Of a stretch of DNA of 64,000 nucleotides, positions 1 through 10,299 are shown one piece after another. The notes under the pieces are model-generated. The model was not told the origin of the DNA, ran no database searches, and saw nothing but the letters and a program-made list of their open reading frames with translations. A program made the position numbers and the translations under genes. How positions within the stretch are numbered: position 1 is the first letter of the stretch; each line of letters begins with the position of its first letter. This stretch comes from a virus: positions 1 to 64,000 of the IMG/VR virus record IMGVR_UViG_3300008448_000002; one strand, given 5' to 3'.

Positions 1-62
1 TATATAAATCAATAAATATAATTATAGAAACATTAATTAAAAGATAGAATAATTATTACCAC

Positions 63-794
63 ATGACAGAAAAATCTTCAATAAAAAATATATTATCAAC
101 CTCACTAGATAAATCCGATACAAAGAGTTTGATTGATGCTGCCGATTTTTTAAGAGGAAGTATTAAACTTAGAGCTTTAAAAGAAGGAAATAATATTACG
201 TTTACGTTAGAAGATGCCGATGGTATAAACGGTACAGATGACAAAGTATTGGTTATTTCGTCTACTGGGGGCGGCGGTTCGAGTATTACTAACGAAATCT
301 CTAATGGTACTACATCTATTGTTATTCCAAATGAAGATTCGGATGTGTTAATTACTGTAAATAACGAGTATTATTGGAACTTTGATACGAATGGACATTT
401 AAGGCTTCCAGGAAAATTATATTACTCAAATCAAGTATCCAACAATGGTTCAAATAGCACTTATTGTCCTTCAAGTCAAGATACTGTTATATATACAAGT
501 ACAAATAGGTACAATCACACGATAAAAGTTTTAGTACAACTAGAAGGTAATGCTGACGGCGGAGGGTGGGATACTCAGAGTTGCGAAATTATAGTAGCAA
601 AGAGTTTTTTAAATAACAACGTAGCATATAGCGTATATGGTATAACACATACAAGTGTCAACCCAATGGCGACATTTACAGCCAGTTGGAATAGTGACAT
701 CAACAGAGTTGAAATAACCTGTTCTCCAACTCAATCAATCAACAGTGGTGTTTACGCTGTTGTATTTGCTACAGAGATAATAACATCAGACTAA
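63..794 (+). CDS. Virion structural / fibre-associated protein
   Basis: 243 aa. First ~70 aa closely match the N-terminus of 3562..4932, followed by a Gly linker and a Thr/Ser/Asn-rich beta-type C-terminus; lies in the fibre cluster. Confidence 0.6.
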   Translation: MTEKSSIKNILSTSLDKSDTKSLIDAADFLRGSIKLRALKEGNNITFTLEDADGINGTDDKVLVISSTGGGGSSITNEISNGTTSIVIPNEDSDVLITVNNEYYWNFDTNGHLRLPGKLYYSNQVSNNGSNSTYCPSSQDTVIYTSTNRYNHTIKVLVQLEGNADGGGWDTQSCEIIVAKSFLNNNVAYSVYGITHTSVNPMATFTASWNSDINRVEITCSPTQSINSGVYAVVFATEIITSD

Positions 795-804
795 GGAATT
801 AATA

Positions 805-3498
805 ATGACACAAGCCCCATTTACTGTACCAAATACAGGATTAAAAATTGATAATACAACAATAGTATCAGACAATAACGAAATTATCATTAATACTGTT
901 AATGGAAATCAACAACCTGATACTACATGGGAATTAAGAAATAATGGGTCAATAGTATTTCCTGATTCAACAGTACAACTAACGGCATATCCTGGTTTAA
1001 GAAGTTCAGGATGGGCATTACAGTATGGAAGTAATACCCTAAGTAATGAAATTACAACCAATACATTTGATTCTACATTTAAGGACGAATCAAATAATAT
1101 TTACTTTTTTGGAAGTACAAAAGATGAATTAGATGGAACAACGCGCCCCTTAATTGTTAAAGTAGATAACGATGGTTCAGTTTTATGGTCTACTATTATT
1201 ACAGATTATGTTGGTATTGCGTGTGGTGGACATATAGTAAACGGTGAAGGAAGTTATATTGTATTATATGTTTCCGATGTAACAGATAACCAAAAAACGA
1301 GATTATTGAATTACTTAATTGATATAGATTCGGGGCAATCACTCAACTCTGCTTCTTCTTTTACATCAACTAATTCCGCAGTTGGTATTAATATACAGGA
1401 TACATGGGCGTTTAGTCCTTCTGGGACTGTTGCTATTGGTTGGTCGGGATTTACTACTAATGATAGTAGAACAGTCAATTTAATAATAATGTCTGACCCT
1501 GCTCCAAGTATTGATACATTTAGTGTATTAAAAACTGATGTTCCAGGATTAAACTTGGATAGTTATCAATCATCTTATATTGATACAACAAATGTTATAA
1601 CGGGGTTTACAGACAACGAAACATACTGGACTATTACCACAGAAAATGCCTTGATAGATTTTACAACTGGTTCACATACTGTAACGATATCACAAAGTAG
1701 TAATGCCACAATTTCTATACAATCTTTTGGCGGAAATATATGGAAATCAATAGGAAGAGCAGGAAACACTTTTGAATATTATAGAAGTACGGCATTAGAT
1801 ACATTGAATGGTTATGTATATGCGGTTGGATATGACAATGATGGGGGTAGTATTGTTTCATCATTTAACACTGATTTAACTGTAAATTGGCACAAAAATA
1901 TAAACTTTGGTTTAAGTTCGTTATTATTAACGGGTGTAGTTACGGACTATTTGGGAAATATATATGTTGTTGGAGATAACGATAGCGGCGGAGGAGTAAT
2001 AACTAAATTAACCAGTGCTGGAAACGTAGTATGGCAAACAAAATTAGACAGTACATCGCAACCGTGGGGGTCATCATATTATAATATAGCAATAAATTCC
2101 AATAATGATATAATAGTGGCGGCGGGAAACTATGGGAGTATTAGTTCACAGGGAGGTGATATATTTCTCGTTAAACTTAATATTGATGGTTCTATTATTT
2201 GGCAAAGAAGTATCGGCACAACATTTGATGATGTGGCAGGGGGTCAATCAAATATTCTTGGATTAAATAATACTGCCACGAGATTTTTAAGTATTGATAG
2301 TGATAATTTTTACTTGGCACTTGCCACAAATTTTAATGGTTCTATATCTAATGCCACTGCTATTAAATTGCCTATTAATGGGAATGGATTGGGATATTGG
2401 GGTGATACTTATAATTTATGGTTATATAAGGTAGAATCATGGCAAGTTACTACAGTTGATGTAAGTGCGGATGCCACCGCAATAACAAATTTAATTGTAT
2501 CCGATTTAAATTATACCGTTGATAGTATAACACCAACTATACAGCAACCAACAATCCCAACAAAATTATCAATCCTCGGTGATAGTAATATTAATACAGG
2601 AAACGTAACCTTCAATGGTGATTTAATAAGTGTAGATGGAAATAATGGAAATTATCCGATACTAATTAATAAAGCGGGAACTAATGGTGGTGGACCAGAA
2701 TTAGATTTTGAATCGGAAACACTTAGTCATGCTGCTTGGTTAAATGGAGTAGATGGATTTAGAATAAGCCTAAACAAACAAGATTCAAATATATTAAAAG
2801 ACTGGGCATTTACACCAGATGGTACGTTGACGCTACCATCGGGCGGCATAATATCAGAGGGCACAGCTACAGGTGCGCTTGGTAGCCAATTACAAACAGT
2901 TGAAATAACACCCAATGGGGGAGGAAGCGCAACTCAAAAATTAGTAATTTACCCAACAGCGGCAGAAGGAAATCATATACATTTAACTTCTGGTGATTTA
3001 ACAGCAACGGATATTTTCTTAGGAAATGATGCCCAATATATAAGAACTACAACAGATGGTGGAATGGTAATTGGCACTAATGTCATTGACCCAACAAGTT
3101 CATCAAGTGGTAATCAATGGGATTTTTCTGTTAATGGAAGTACAAAATTACCAGGTTCTTTAATAAAAAGCACTATAACCAATACTAATAGTAGTGGCGA
3201 CCCTGTATATCCAACACCGATTGATTTAACTAAAAGTGTAAATAAACTATCAACTGGTTATTATACATTAGCAGATGGAGTAGAGGGGCAGATACTATAT
3301 CTAGTACCACAAACTTTAACTACATACAATTCAACTATAATTACAGTTGCCAATGCCAGAATATTGAACAATAGCGGAGCAACAACGGCAACTGTTTATA
3401 CAAACATCGTTTATGTACCATTTGATTCAGTACACAATATAACAACGATGATATTCACTGATGGAGCATGGCAATCAAATAGTGGAGTATGGGATTAA
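805..3498 (+). CDS. Large tail-fibre/adhesin-like protein with beta-propeller repeats
   Basis: 897 aa. Propeller-type repeats (TDYLGNIYVVG, KLTSAGNVVWQ, KLNIDGSIIWQR) and recurring W-x-F-x3-G-x-L-x-LP motifs. Confidence 0.6.
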   Translation: MTQAPFTVPNTGLKIDNTTIVSDNNEIIINTVNGNQQPDTTWELRNNGSIVFPDSTVQLTAYPGLRSSGWALQYGSNTLSNEITTNTFDSTFKDESNNIYFFGSTKDELDGTTRPLIVKVDNDGSVLWSTIITDYVGIACGGHIVNGEGSYIVLYVSDVTDNQKTRLLNYLIDIDSGQSLNSASSFTSTNSAVGINIQDTWAFSPSGTVAIGWSGFTTNDSRTVNLIIMSDPAPSIDTFSVLKTDVPGLNLDSYQSSYIDTTNVITGFTDNETYWTITTENALIDFTTGSHTVTISQSSNATISIQSFGGNIWKSIGRAGNTFEYYRSTALDTLNGYVYAVGYDNDGGSIVSSFNTDLTVNWHKNINFGLSSLLLTGVVTDYLGNIYVVGDNDSGGGVITKLTSAGNVVWQTKLDSTSQPWGSSYYNIAINSNNDIIVAAGNYGSISSQGGDIFLVKLNIDGSIIWQRSIGTTFDDVAGGQSNILGLNNTATRFLSIDSDNFYLALATNFNGSISNATAIKLPINGNGLGYWGDTYNLWLYKVESWQVTTVDVSADATAITNLIVSDLNYTVDSITPTIQQPTIPTKLSILGDSNINTGNVTFNGDLISVDGNNGNYPILINKAGTNGGGPELDFESETLSHAAWLNGVDGFRISLNKQDSNILKDWAFTPDGTLTLPSGGIISEGTATGALGSQLQTVEITPNGGGSATQKLVIYPTAAEGNHIHLTSGDLTATDIFLGNDAQYIRTTTDGGMVIGTNVIDPTSSSSGNQWDFSVNGSTKLPGSLIKSTITNTNSSGDPVYPTPIDLTKSVNKLSTGYYTLADGVEGQILYLVPQTLTTYNSTIITVANARILNNSGATTATVYTNIVYVPFDSVHNITTMIFTDGAWQSNSGVWD

Positions 3499-3530
3499 TT
3501 AAATATATTCTTATTTTTAATAAATAACTA

Positions 3531-3538
3531 TATAAATA
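3531..3538 (+). promoter_or_regulatory. T4-type late promoter TATAAATA
   Basis: Exact T4 gp55 late consensus, followed by CAGGA and the ATG at 3562. Confidence 0.75.
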
Positions 3539-3561
3539 TAGTTTACAGGAAATAATTAAAA

Positions 3562-4932
3562 ATGGTCGAAAAATCATCTATTAAAAACGTATTAACCACA
3601 TCACCAGATAGAAGTGATAGAAAAAGTTTGATTGATGATGCCGATTTCCTTCGGGGAATTATTAAACTCCGTGCCTTAAGAGCTGGCACTAATATAACTT
3701 TGGCACTAGAAGATGCCGATGGCATCGGTGGAACAGATGGCAATGTATTAGTAATTTCTTCATCAGGAAGCGGTGGTGGAGGCGGAGGAAGTACATCTCT
3801 GGGCGGTGATTTATCTGGTACAACAGATGCGGCAACTGTTATAAAAATTAACGGTGTTACCCCTGCTGCTGTTGCTACAACAGGTAGCTATGCTGATTTG
3901 ACTAATAAACCAACAACAAGTACATTAACTAACGATGCTAATTTTATCACAAGTGCCCAAGCCCCTGTACAATCTGTTGCTGGAAGAGTTGGGGTTATCG
4001 TTCTTGCCAAAGCCGATGTTGGATTAGGAAACGTAGATAATACAGCCGATACAGCAAAGCCAATTAGTACGGCTGTCTCTACTGCTTTATCAGGTAAAGA
4101 AAACTCTATCACTGCTGGGTCAACTAGTCAATATTGGAGAGGTGATAAAACTTGGCAAACATTGGCAACTGTAGGCACAACAGGTAGTTACAATGATTTG
4201 ACCAATAAACCAACAACAAGTACATTAACTAATGATGCCAACTTTATTACAAGTGCTGGAGCACCTGTACAGTCTGTTGCTGGAAGAACGGGGGCAATTA
4301 CACTAGTAAAAGCGGATGTTGGCTTAGGAAACGTAGACAATACAAGTGATGCGAATAAACCTGTTAGTACTGCGACTGCGACTGCTTTATCTGGTAAAGA
4401 AAATACGATTACTCCTGGTACAACAGGTCAATATTTCAGAGGAGATAAAACCTTTCAAACTTTGGCAACCGTTGGTACAACAGGAAGTTACACGGATTTA
4501 ACCAATAAACCAACACCCGTAAGTTCAACCAATACTGCCATAGCAAAATATAGTGGTACAGGTGGAAACCTACAAGATAGTGGTGTATTAATTGATTCCA
4601 ACAATGCTATTTCTGGTTTTAGAGGAAACTTCAATGACCAAACTGGTACAATATACACTATTGCCGCTAATGATTGCGGTAAAATGGTTACATTGTCAAA
4701 TGCCTCGGCAATAACGGTAACTGTTCCTAATAGTTTACCAAAAGGATTTAACTGTCTTTTATTACAACTAGGAGTTGGTCAGGTTACATTTACTCAAGAA
4801 GTTGGTGGAACACTCGTAAATAGACAATCACAATTCAAAACAACAGGTCAATACTCTGTTGTTAGTTTACTAACAGTATCAAACTCAGGTACTAATGGCG
4901 TAAATTTGATACAAGGCGATACAACAACATAA
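3562..4932 (+). CDS. Tail fibre protein with internal 100-aa repeats
   Basis: 456 aa. VGLGNVDNT and SYxDLTNKP fibre motifs; C-terminal TIAANDCGKMVTLSN...QLGVGQVTF domain typical of fibre tips. Confidence 0.75.
   Translation: MVEKSSIKNVLTTSPDRSDRKSLIDDADFLRGIIKLRALRAGTNITLALEDADGIGGTDGNVLVISSSGSGGGGGGSTSLGGDLSGTTDAATVIKINGVTPAAVATTGSYADLTNKPTTSTLTNDANFITSAQAPVQSVAGRVGVIVLAKADVGLGNVDNTADTAKPISTAVSTALSGKENSITAGSTSQYWRGDKTWQTLATVGTTGSYNDLTNKPTTSTLTNDANFITSAGAPVQSVAGRTGAITLVKADVGLGNVDNTSDANKPVSTATATALSGKENTITPGTTGQYFRGDKTFQTLATVGTTGSYTDLTNKPTPVSSTNTAIAKYSGTGGNLQDSGVLIDSNNAISGFRGNFNDQTGTIYTIAANDCGKMVTLSNASAITVTVPNSLPKGFNCLLLQLGVGQVTFTQEVGGTLVNRQSQFKTTGQYSVVSLLTVSNSGTNGVNLIQGDTTT
3871..4517 (+). 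repeat. 300-bp tandem repeat (2 full units plus a partial third)
   Basis: Units start at 3871, 4171 and 4471 (...acaacaggtag/aag...aataaaccaaca); synonymous divergence with conserved protein. Confidence 0.9.
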
Positions 4933-4947
4933 TAAAGGTTAATAATA

Positions 4948-7524
4948 ATGATTCCCCTAATATCATCTGGATTTATCAATACATTATCCGCACCAATACC
5001 AAATGGTTCTTCGACAGTAGTTGCTAGAGGTTCTAATTATTTTAATGGTACAACGGATTATTATTCCGTTGCTGATGCCGCAAATCTTGATTATCCTAAT
5101 GCTGATTGGGCTGTTTGTGCTCTTGTTAAAATTACTAGACTACATGCTTCCTTAACGCAACACATTTTCAACCACGGCAACACAGGGGGCGCACAAAACG
5201 CACGGCTATATTTAGCGAATGGTGTTTTAACAGGTGTTCATCGGAATGCCACTGGTTCAACAACAGTCACAGGGGCAACACTTGTGGCAAACAACGTGAA
5301 CGGCTGGTTTATCGTGGGTATGCGGCGAAATGGGACAAACTTAGAAGCCTTCTCGTGTCCTGTTGGTGGTTCTGTAACTGTTGGGACACCTGTTGCTATC
5401 AATACCCCTGCCGCCGTCACTCCTTCGGGTAACTTTTTCATCGGTTGTAGATATGACCAAGCTGTTAATAACTTCTTTAATAACCACATGAGTTATTTGT
5501 TTAAACTTGATGCGACTTTGACTAATGCCGATATTAACAACTTAGCTGCTGGTCAAGATATTATAACGGATTTAGCAAAATCTCCGACTCTTTATTCTAA
5601 ATTTGATATATCTGCTTCTACAATTACCGATAGCGGAACAGGTTCAAATACAATTACACGCTTTGGTACACCACAAGCAAGAGGCGGTTATGCTTTCACT
5701 GGTGTTCCTATTGCTATTAATACTTCCACCCATGGCGTTGATACCGTTTACGCAAAAGTATTCCAACGTGCGGCTGGTACAACAAGCAAAACAGTATCTT
5801 TTACAGGTACTTATACTGGTTCACCAACAGGTATAGAAGCAAGAGTTATTAACAGCACTGGTTCACAGGTTGTTGGATGGACAAGAGGTTCAACACCAAC
5901 AATGGGTACATGGAGCGTAACACTTCCTAATATCGCACAAGGTGGACAATATGCGCTAGAAGTAAGACATGTCAATAATACTGCCAATATACAGCGTACA
6001 CAATTGCCGTGGGGTGTGGGGATTATCTTTATCAGTGCTGGGGAAAGTTTGGAAGACCAACGAAGTGTTGGGGCTTCTGGTACTGCTGGCACAGATTTTA
6101 CAGCAACAAATGATACGATTAGTGCTTGGCAACAATCATCTGGAACATATAAAGATTTAAGAGCACCATCTCCTTCGTGTCTAGTTTTACACAGTTTAAC
6201 ACGACTATCAATAGCACTGGGTTTACCAATTGCCCACTATAACGGAGCAACTAGCGGCACAACCTTATTGCCCAATAGCGGTAATACATGGAGTGTTTCT
6301 GGTTCTACTGTTCATACTACTTTCGCAAGCGCATTGAATAATGCTGGAGGTGATGCGGAAATTATATCTATAAGATTAGGGACTAACGATAGCAATAACG
6401 CTACAAAAAGAACAGAATCAGAATGGGCTACTCAATTTCCTACAATGATTTCTTTATTGAGAGCAAATTTCTCAAGAACAGCGGGACAGCTTCCTGTATT
6501 TGCTTCTGAAACATGTACTAATGATGTTGCTTCATCACCTAATGATAGTAACTATAGAGATGTTAGAAACGCACAACAGAATACTATTCCTACTATAACA
6601 AACTGTTATACACAGGGTGCTTCACATTCATTAACACACGATGATGATTTACACCCTTCTAGTTCCGTAACAGGTTACTGGAGGTTTGAGAAGATGTTTG
6701 CTCAAACTGTACTAAATTATATAGATAATACAACCTACCCAACGGGATTAAAAGGGGCAGAACCCACGGGCGCAGTAATCAACGGAAGTACAATTGATAT
6801 TAGTTATACTCTTAACAATGGTACTACATTACAAGGATTAACTGGTGCGACAGGACTAACAGGATTTGTTGTGTATGGTGCTGCCCAAAGTATGACGGCT
6901 GTTAAAACAACAGTAACAATATCCTCAATAACTCGCTCTGGAAGCGTTGCCACAGTAACTACAAGTGGTTCACATGGATTAGTTGTTGGTCAACCCGTAT
7001 TCATCACAGGCGCGGGAGGAAGCTATTACAACGGTCAAAAAATTGTTGCTAGTACCCCTACGGCAACTACCTTCACATACGCTATAAGCACACTGGCAAC
7101 AACACCTGCTACTGGTGCTACATTAAGGGCGGCATATGCTACTGTAACTTCTACATCACACGGATTAACTACTAATGATAAGATAGGTATTTTCGGGGCA
7201 ACTACAAATGAATATAATATGGTAGATGCCACTGTTTACGTTGTTGATGCGAATACATTTATTTATGGAGTACATAATCAGGCGGCAACTCCCGCCACAG
7301 GAACTATTACTTTCAAAAAACATATACCAATTACAACAACTGCTATACCTGCGGAAACTATGGTGAGATTAACCCCATCTAGTACACCACAAACAGGTTG
7401 GCAAGTTGATTATGTTGGTGGACAAAATCCTGTTATCACAAACATGTTGTATACAAATGCTTCTGTTATTGGTGATACTGCTGGAGTACCTGCTAGAGCA
7501 TGGCAAGCACCGTATACATTATAA
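4948..7524 (+). CDS. Receptor-binding/tailspike-like protein: LamG-like domain + SGNH esterase + C-terminal beta repeats
   Basis: 858 aa. N-terminal concanavalin/LamG-like region; SGNH blocks GES, GTND and DDLHP; two HGL-x-x-x-x-x-x-x-I-x-G repeats at the C-terminus. Confidence 0.65.
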   Translation: MIPLISSGFINTLSAPIPNGSSTVVARGSNYFNGTTDYYSVADAANLDYPNADWAVCALVKITRLHASLTQHIFNHGNTGGAQNARLYLANGVLTGVHRNATGSTTVTGATLVANNVNGWFIVGMRRNGTNLEAFSCPVGGSVTVGTPVAINTPAAVTPSGNFFIGCRYDQAVNNFFNNHMSYLFKLDATLTNADINNLAAGQDIITDLAKSPTLYSKFDISASTITDSGTGSNTITRFGTPQARGGYAFTGVPIAINTSTHGVDTVYAKVFQRAAGTTSKTVSFTGTYTGSPTGIEARVINSTGSQVVGWTRGSTPTMGTWSVTLPNIAQGGQYALEVRHVNNTANIQRTQLPWGVGIIFISAGESLEDQRSVGASGTAGTDFTATNDTISAWQQSSGTYKDLRAPSPSCLVLHSLTRLSIALGLPIAHYNGATSGTTLLPNSGNTWSVSGSTVHTTFASALNNAGGDAEIISIRLGTNDSNNATKRTESEWATQFPTMISLLRANFSRTAGQLPVFASETCTNDVASSPNDSNYRDVRNAQQNTIPTITNCYTQGASHSLTHDDDLHPSSSVTGYWRFEKMFAQTVLNYIDNTTYPTGLKGAEPTGAVINGSTIDISYTLNNGTTLQGLTGATGLTGFVVYGAAQSMTAVKTTVTISSITRSGSVATVTTSGSHGLVVGQPVFITGAGGSYYNGQKIVASTPTATTFTYAISTLATTPATGATLRAAYATVTSTSHGLTTNDKIGIFGATTNEYNMVDATVYVVDANTFIYGVHNQAATPATGTITFKKHIPITTTAIPAETMVRLTPSSTPQTGWQVDYVGGQNPVITNMLYTNASVIGDTAGVPARAWQAPYTL

Positions 7525-7941
7525 TTTACTTTTTAGTAATCCGTCTGTTTCAAGATAACCTTGAATGCGTGAACAAATATCTGTAACATTAGTCATACCT
7601 ACTCCGTCACAACCATCAAATGCTATCAAGAGTGCTGCCCGAATCATGCTAAACAAATTGTCATCTAAATGTCTGTCCGAATCTCTATCACCACTAAAGT
7701 TATAATCGGTAAGAAAATGATGACTATGATAAATAAAAGCCTCAATTTTCTTATATTCTTCATCATTGAGTTTGGGAACTTTACAATAATAGTTTGGAAC
7801 TTCGCAATTATGTTTGATAATATTTCTCGGAGAAATAGCCTTATTATACTTTTCTTCCAAGATATTATAGTCTTTTGACAATTTATCGAGTTGGTTTGTC
7901 AAGTTTTTTACTACTTCCAACATGTTATTATCTATCGTCAT
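7519..7941 (-). CDS. Hypothetical protein, N-terminal coiled coil
   Basis: 140-aa ORF with phage-like composition. Confidence 0.6.
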   Translation of the reverse strand: MTIDNNMLEVVKNLTNQLDKLSKDYNILEEKYNKAISPRNIIKHNCEVPNYYCKVPKLNDEEYKKIEAFIYHSHHFLTDYNFSGDRDSDRHLDDNLFSMIRAALLIAFDGCDGVGMTNVTDICSRIQGYLETDGLLKSKL

Positions 7942-7957
7942 ATAAAATCTTTCTTTA

Positions 7958-8143
7958 TTACTTTTTTGTATTAGAAGGATGTTTACCCTCTTCTTTTGTC
8001 TGTAAATCGGGTAATATCGTTCCCGTAATATACGAGTTTACATCATTAATATTTTTACAGTAAAACTCATTATCACTACCATATTGCCCATCACTAACAA
8101 TATATCCATTTTTTATTTGTTTTATTGTGATACTGAACTTCAT
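7958..8143 (-). CDS. Hypothetical protein (start revised to MKFSIT)
   Basis: ATG at 8143 is preceded by AGGAAG. Confidence 0.55.
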   Translation of the reverse strand: MKFSITIKQIKNGYIVSDGQYGSDNEFYCKNINDVNSYITGTILPDLQTKEEGKHPSNTKK

Positions 8144-8460
8144 GTTACTTCTTCCTATACTATTCGTTGATAATAGCATTATTCTTTTTCTCTACATCTT
8201 CAACGGTAGTATGTTTTTGTTTGTTTTTATTGAACCAAGATAATTTCTTATATTGGTCGCCAGTTGCCTCAAATGCTTTTAGAAAAGCATTATAAGCGGC
8301 TTGATATAATTTTTCGTAATTCATGGTATTATTCCTTTATTAAATAAATAGTTTGAAAATGTTGGCAGTAAACATAAGAGTACAAATAATTATAATAACA
8401 GCCAATAACGTACCGTTTACTTCTGAACCGTCATCAAGATTGTCATTCATAATATTCTCC

Positions 8461-8676
8461 TCATTTATTATAGTTATTAAACACTTTTATTGGATTAAAG
8501 ACATCAAAAATAGCAGTAGAAGGCGATTCAACTTGTGTTAAGTTTAAACCAGAAAACATCGCCTTCTGTATTTGTATAAACTCTTCCGCCGATACCTCTG
8601 TTGAGATTTCAATATAATCTTTTGTAAGATATGGTTCTAAAGTTTTCAAAACTGGTACTTTTACTGTATAAATCAT
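8461..8676 (-). CDS. Hypothetical protein
   Basis: 71-aa ORF with AGGAA upstream. Confidence 0.55.
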   Translation of the reverse strand: MIYTVKVPVLKTLEPYLTKDYIEISTEVSAEEFIQIQKAMFSGLNLTQVESPSTAIFDVFNPIKVFNNYNK

Positions 8677-8686
8677 TTTATTTTTC

Positions 8687-9118
8687 CTATTTACTATGTT
8701 CTTTTACTAAAGTATCCATTCCACCTCTTGTAGCGTCATCATATCCTTCTGGTGATTCTGGTTCGTCATATTCTTTAATTTCTGGTGTATTATTTGTTCC
8801 TTGTACAATAACAGTAGGTAGTTTTTCTTTCTGTACAATATTAGGAGAAAAATATTCTACTACTTTGTCAAATTGTTCAGTACCTTTGCTAATAACAGTT
8901 ATTCCTTTATTGTATAAATTCTTGCTTCCTACCGAAATCCAACCCATCAATACCGTTCCAATAACTAAAACGGATAATAGTGTCATCAATGATGTGGAAA
9001 CCAACATTAGAACTCTTGTTCCCCATGACCACTTGTGTTTTACAACAACTCGTGTGTCAAAAGAATCACGATTCTTTCTAAAAATATTCTGTAGTTTTTC
9101 TTTTACGTTATCAAACAT
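8687..9118 (-). CDS. Single-pass membrane protein
   Basis: Hydrophobic stretch VLMLVSTSLMTLLSVLVIGTVLMGWI; has its own sigma70-like promoter. Confidence 0.65.
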   Translation of the reverse strand: MFDNVKEKLQNIFRKNRDSFDTRVVVKHKWSWGTRVLMLVSTSLMTLLSVLVIGTVLMGWISVGSKNLYNKGITVISKGTEQFDKVVEYFSPNIVQKEKLPTVIVQGTNNTPEIKEYDEPESPEGYDDATRGGMDTLVKEHSK

Positions 9119-9154
9119 TGTATTATCCCTTTATAGATAATTGTTAATAACTAC

Positions 9155-9182
9155 ACAATACACGAAAAAATACGTTTGTCAA
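9155..9182 (-). promoter_or_regulatory. Sigma70-type promoter
   Basis: TTGACA-N16-TATTGT on the minus strand upstream of 9118. Confidence 0.6.
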
Positions 9183-9197
9183 TAGTTATTTTTTATT

Positions 9198-10043
9198 TTA
9201 TTGACTATATTTCAACATTATCTCTACTGTGTTCATATTCTGTATATTTTTAATGCCCAATGTTATAAGACTGAAATCCATATTTTTAACAAAATCATTA
9301 CTGATATTAAGACCATGATGGCAACAATCTGCTTTAATAAAGTCTACTCCTGTTGCCAACTGTTTTAAAATATTTTTAACATATGGTGGATTGTCAATGT
9401 CCATACAAGTATGCCCACCGATAGAATTAATTTCTTTGGCACATTCAATCGCACTGTATATTTTAGAGTATCTAATATCTTCGTTTCTATTCCCTCTATT
9501 CGCGCCAAATCCTATTTTAACAATATCTGCTCCAGTATCTAGAACTTCTTTGGCAAATACAGAGTCAATAGTATTTCCCGCCATAATAGTTGTATTCGGA
9601 TATTTACTTCTTATATGTTGTATATATTTTAGTATTGTATCACTATAACTACTACTGATGATTTCTAGGAAACTAGATGCTTCCGCTGGCATATTCGTTC
9701 GGAATAAGTCGTAATTATCAGTTGGCTCATTTACATGTAATGGATAAAATACACTATCTCCTTGATTTTGTTTATATATCTTATCCTTGTACATAATTGA
9801 TATGTTATTAATAGAAACCAGTGAATTAATCCGATTATCTTTTAAAACCTTATAGGCGGCAGAGAGTCTTCTATCTTCTACCAATCCATCATATAAAATA
9901 AACGGACTACCAGTATATACTTGTTTACTGTTTTTAAAACTATAAGAATTATTAAACTGTATAGTAGTATCAATTGGTAGTCTTAAAACTTTTTGTATTA
10001 AAACAATATCATCATAATCAATTAATTTGTTTAAACCGTTCAT
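9198..10043 (-). CDS. Degenerate GMP reductase/IMPDH-family protein
   Basis: IMAGN...GADIVKIGFG and SAIECA match GuaC, but the GPGSVCTTR catalytic loop is replaced by GANRGNRNE. Confidence 0.7.
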   Translation of the reverse strand: MNGLNKLIDYDDIVLIQKVLRLPIDTTIQFNNSYSFKNSKQVYTGSPFILYDGLVEDRRLSAAYKVLKDNRINSLVSINNISIMYKDKIYKQNQGDSVFYPLHVNEPTDNYDLFRTNMPAEASSFLEIISSSYSDTILKYIQHIRSKYPNTTIMAGNTIDSVFAKEVLDTGADIVKIGFGANRGNRNEDIRYSKIYSAIECAKEINSIGGHTCMDIDNPPYVKNILKQLATGVDFIKADCCHHGLNISNDFVKNMDFSLITLGIKNIQNMNTVEIMLKYSQ

Positions 10044-10252
10044 TGGGAATCCTTTAATAATGTAAATCGGGGCACAGTAACTTCGTTATATATTACCATA
10101 GATGTAAATTCTTGTAAAGTTCTAACCCATAATTGTTCTTCATTTATATTTCTATAAATTACAACATCTTCATTATCAGAGTTTTTGGCAAAGTCAACAA
10201 CTATGTAAATATTTCCTTTGAAATGCCTATATAGTTGATTTTTCTGTATCAT
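10040..10252 (-). CDS. DUF1653-family protein
   Basis: YRHFKGNIYIV...VVIYRN...LWVRTLQEF...RF signature. Confidence 0.8.
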   Translation of the reverse strand: MIQKNQLYRHFKGNIYIVVDFAKNSDNEDVVIYRNINEEQLWVRTLQEFTSMVIYNEVTVPRFTLLKDSQ

Positions 10253-10299
10253 AAGAATTAGAGTTTATATGATTAATAATATTACTGTCAATATAAAAC

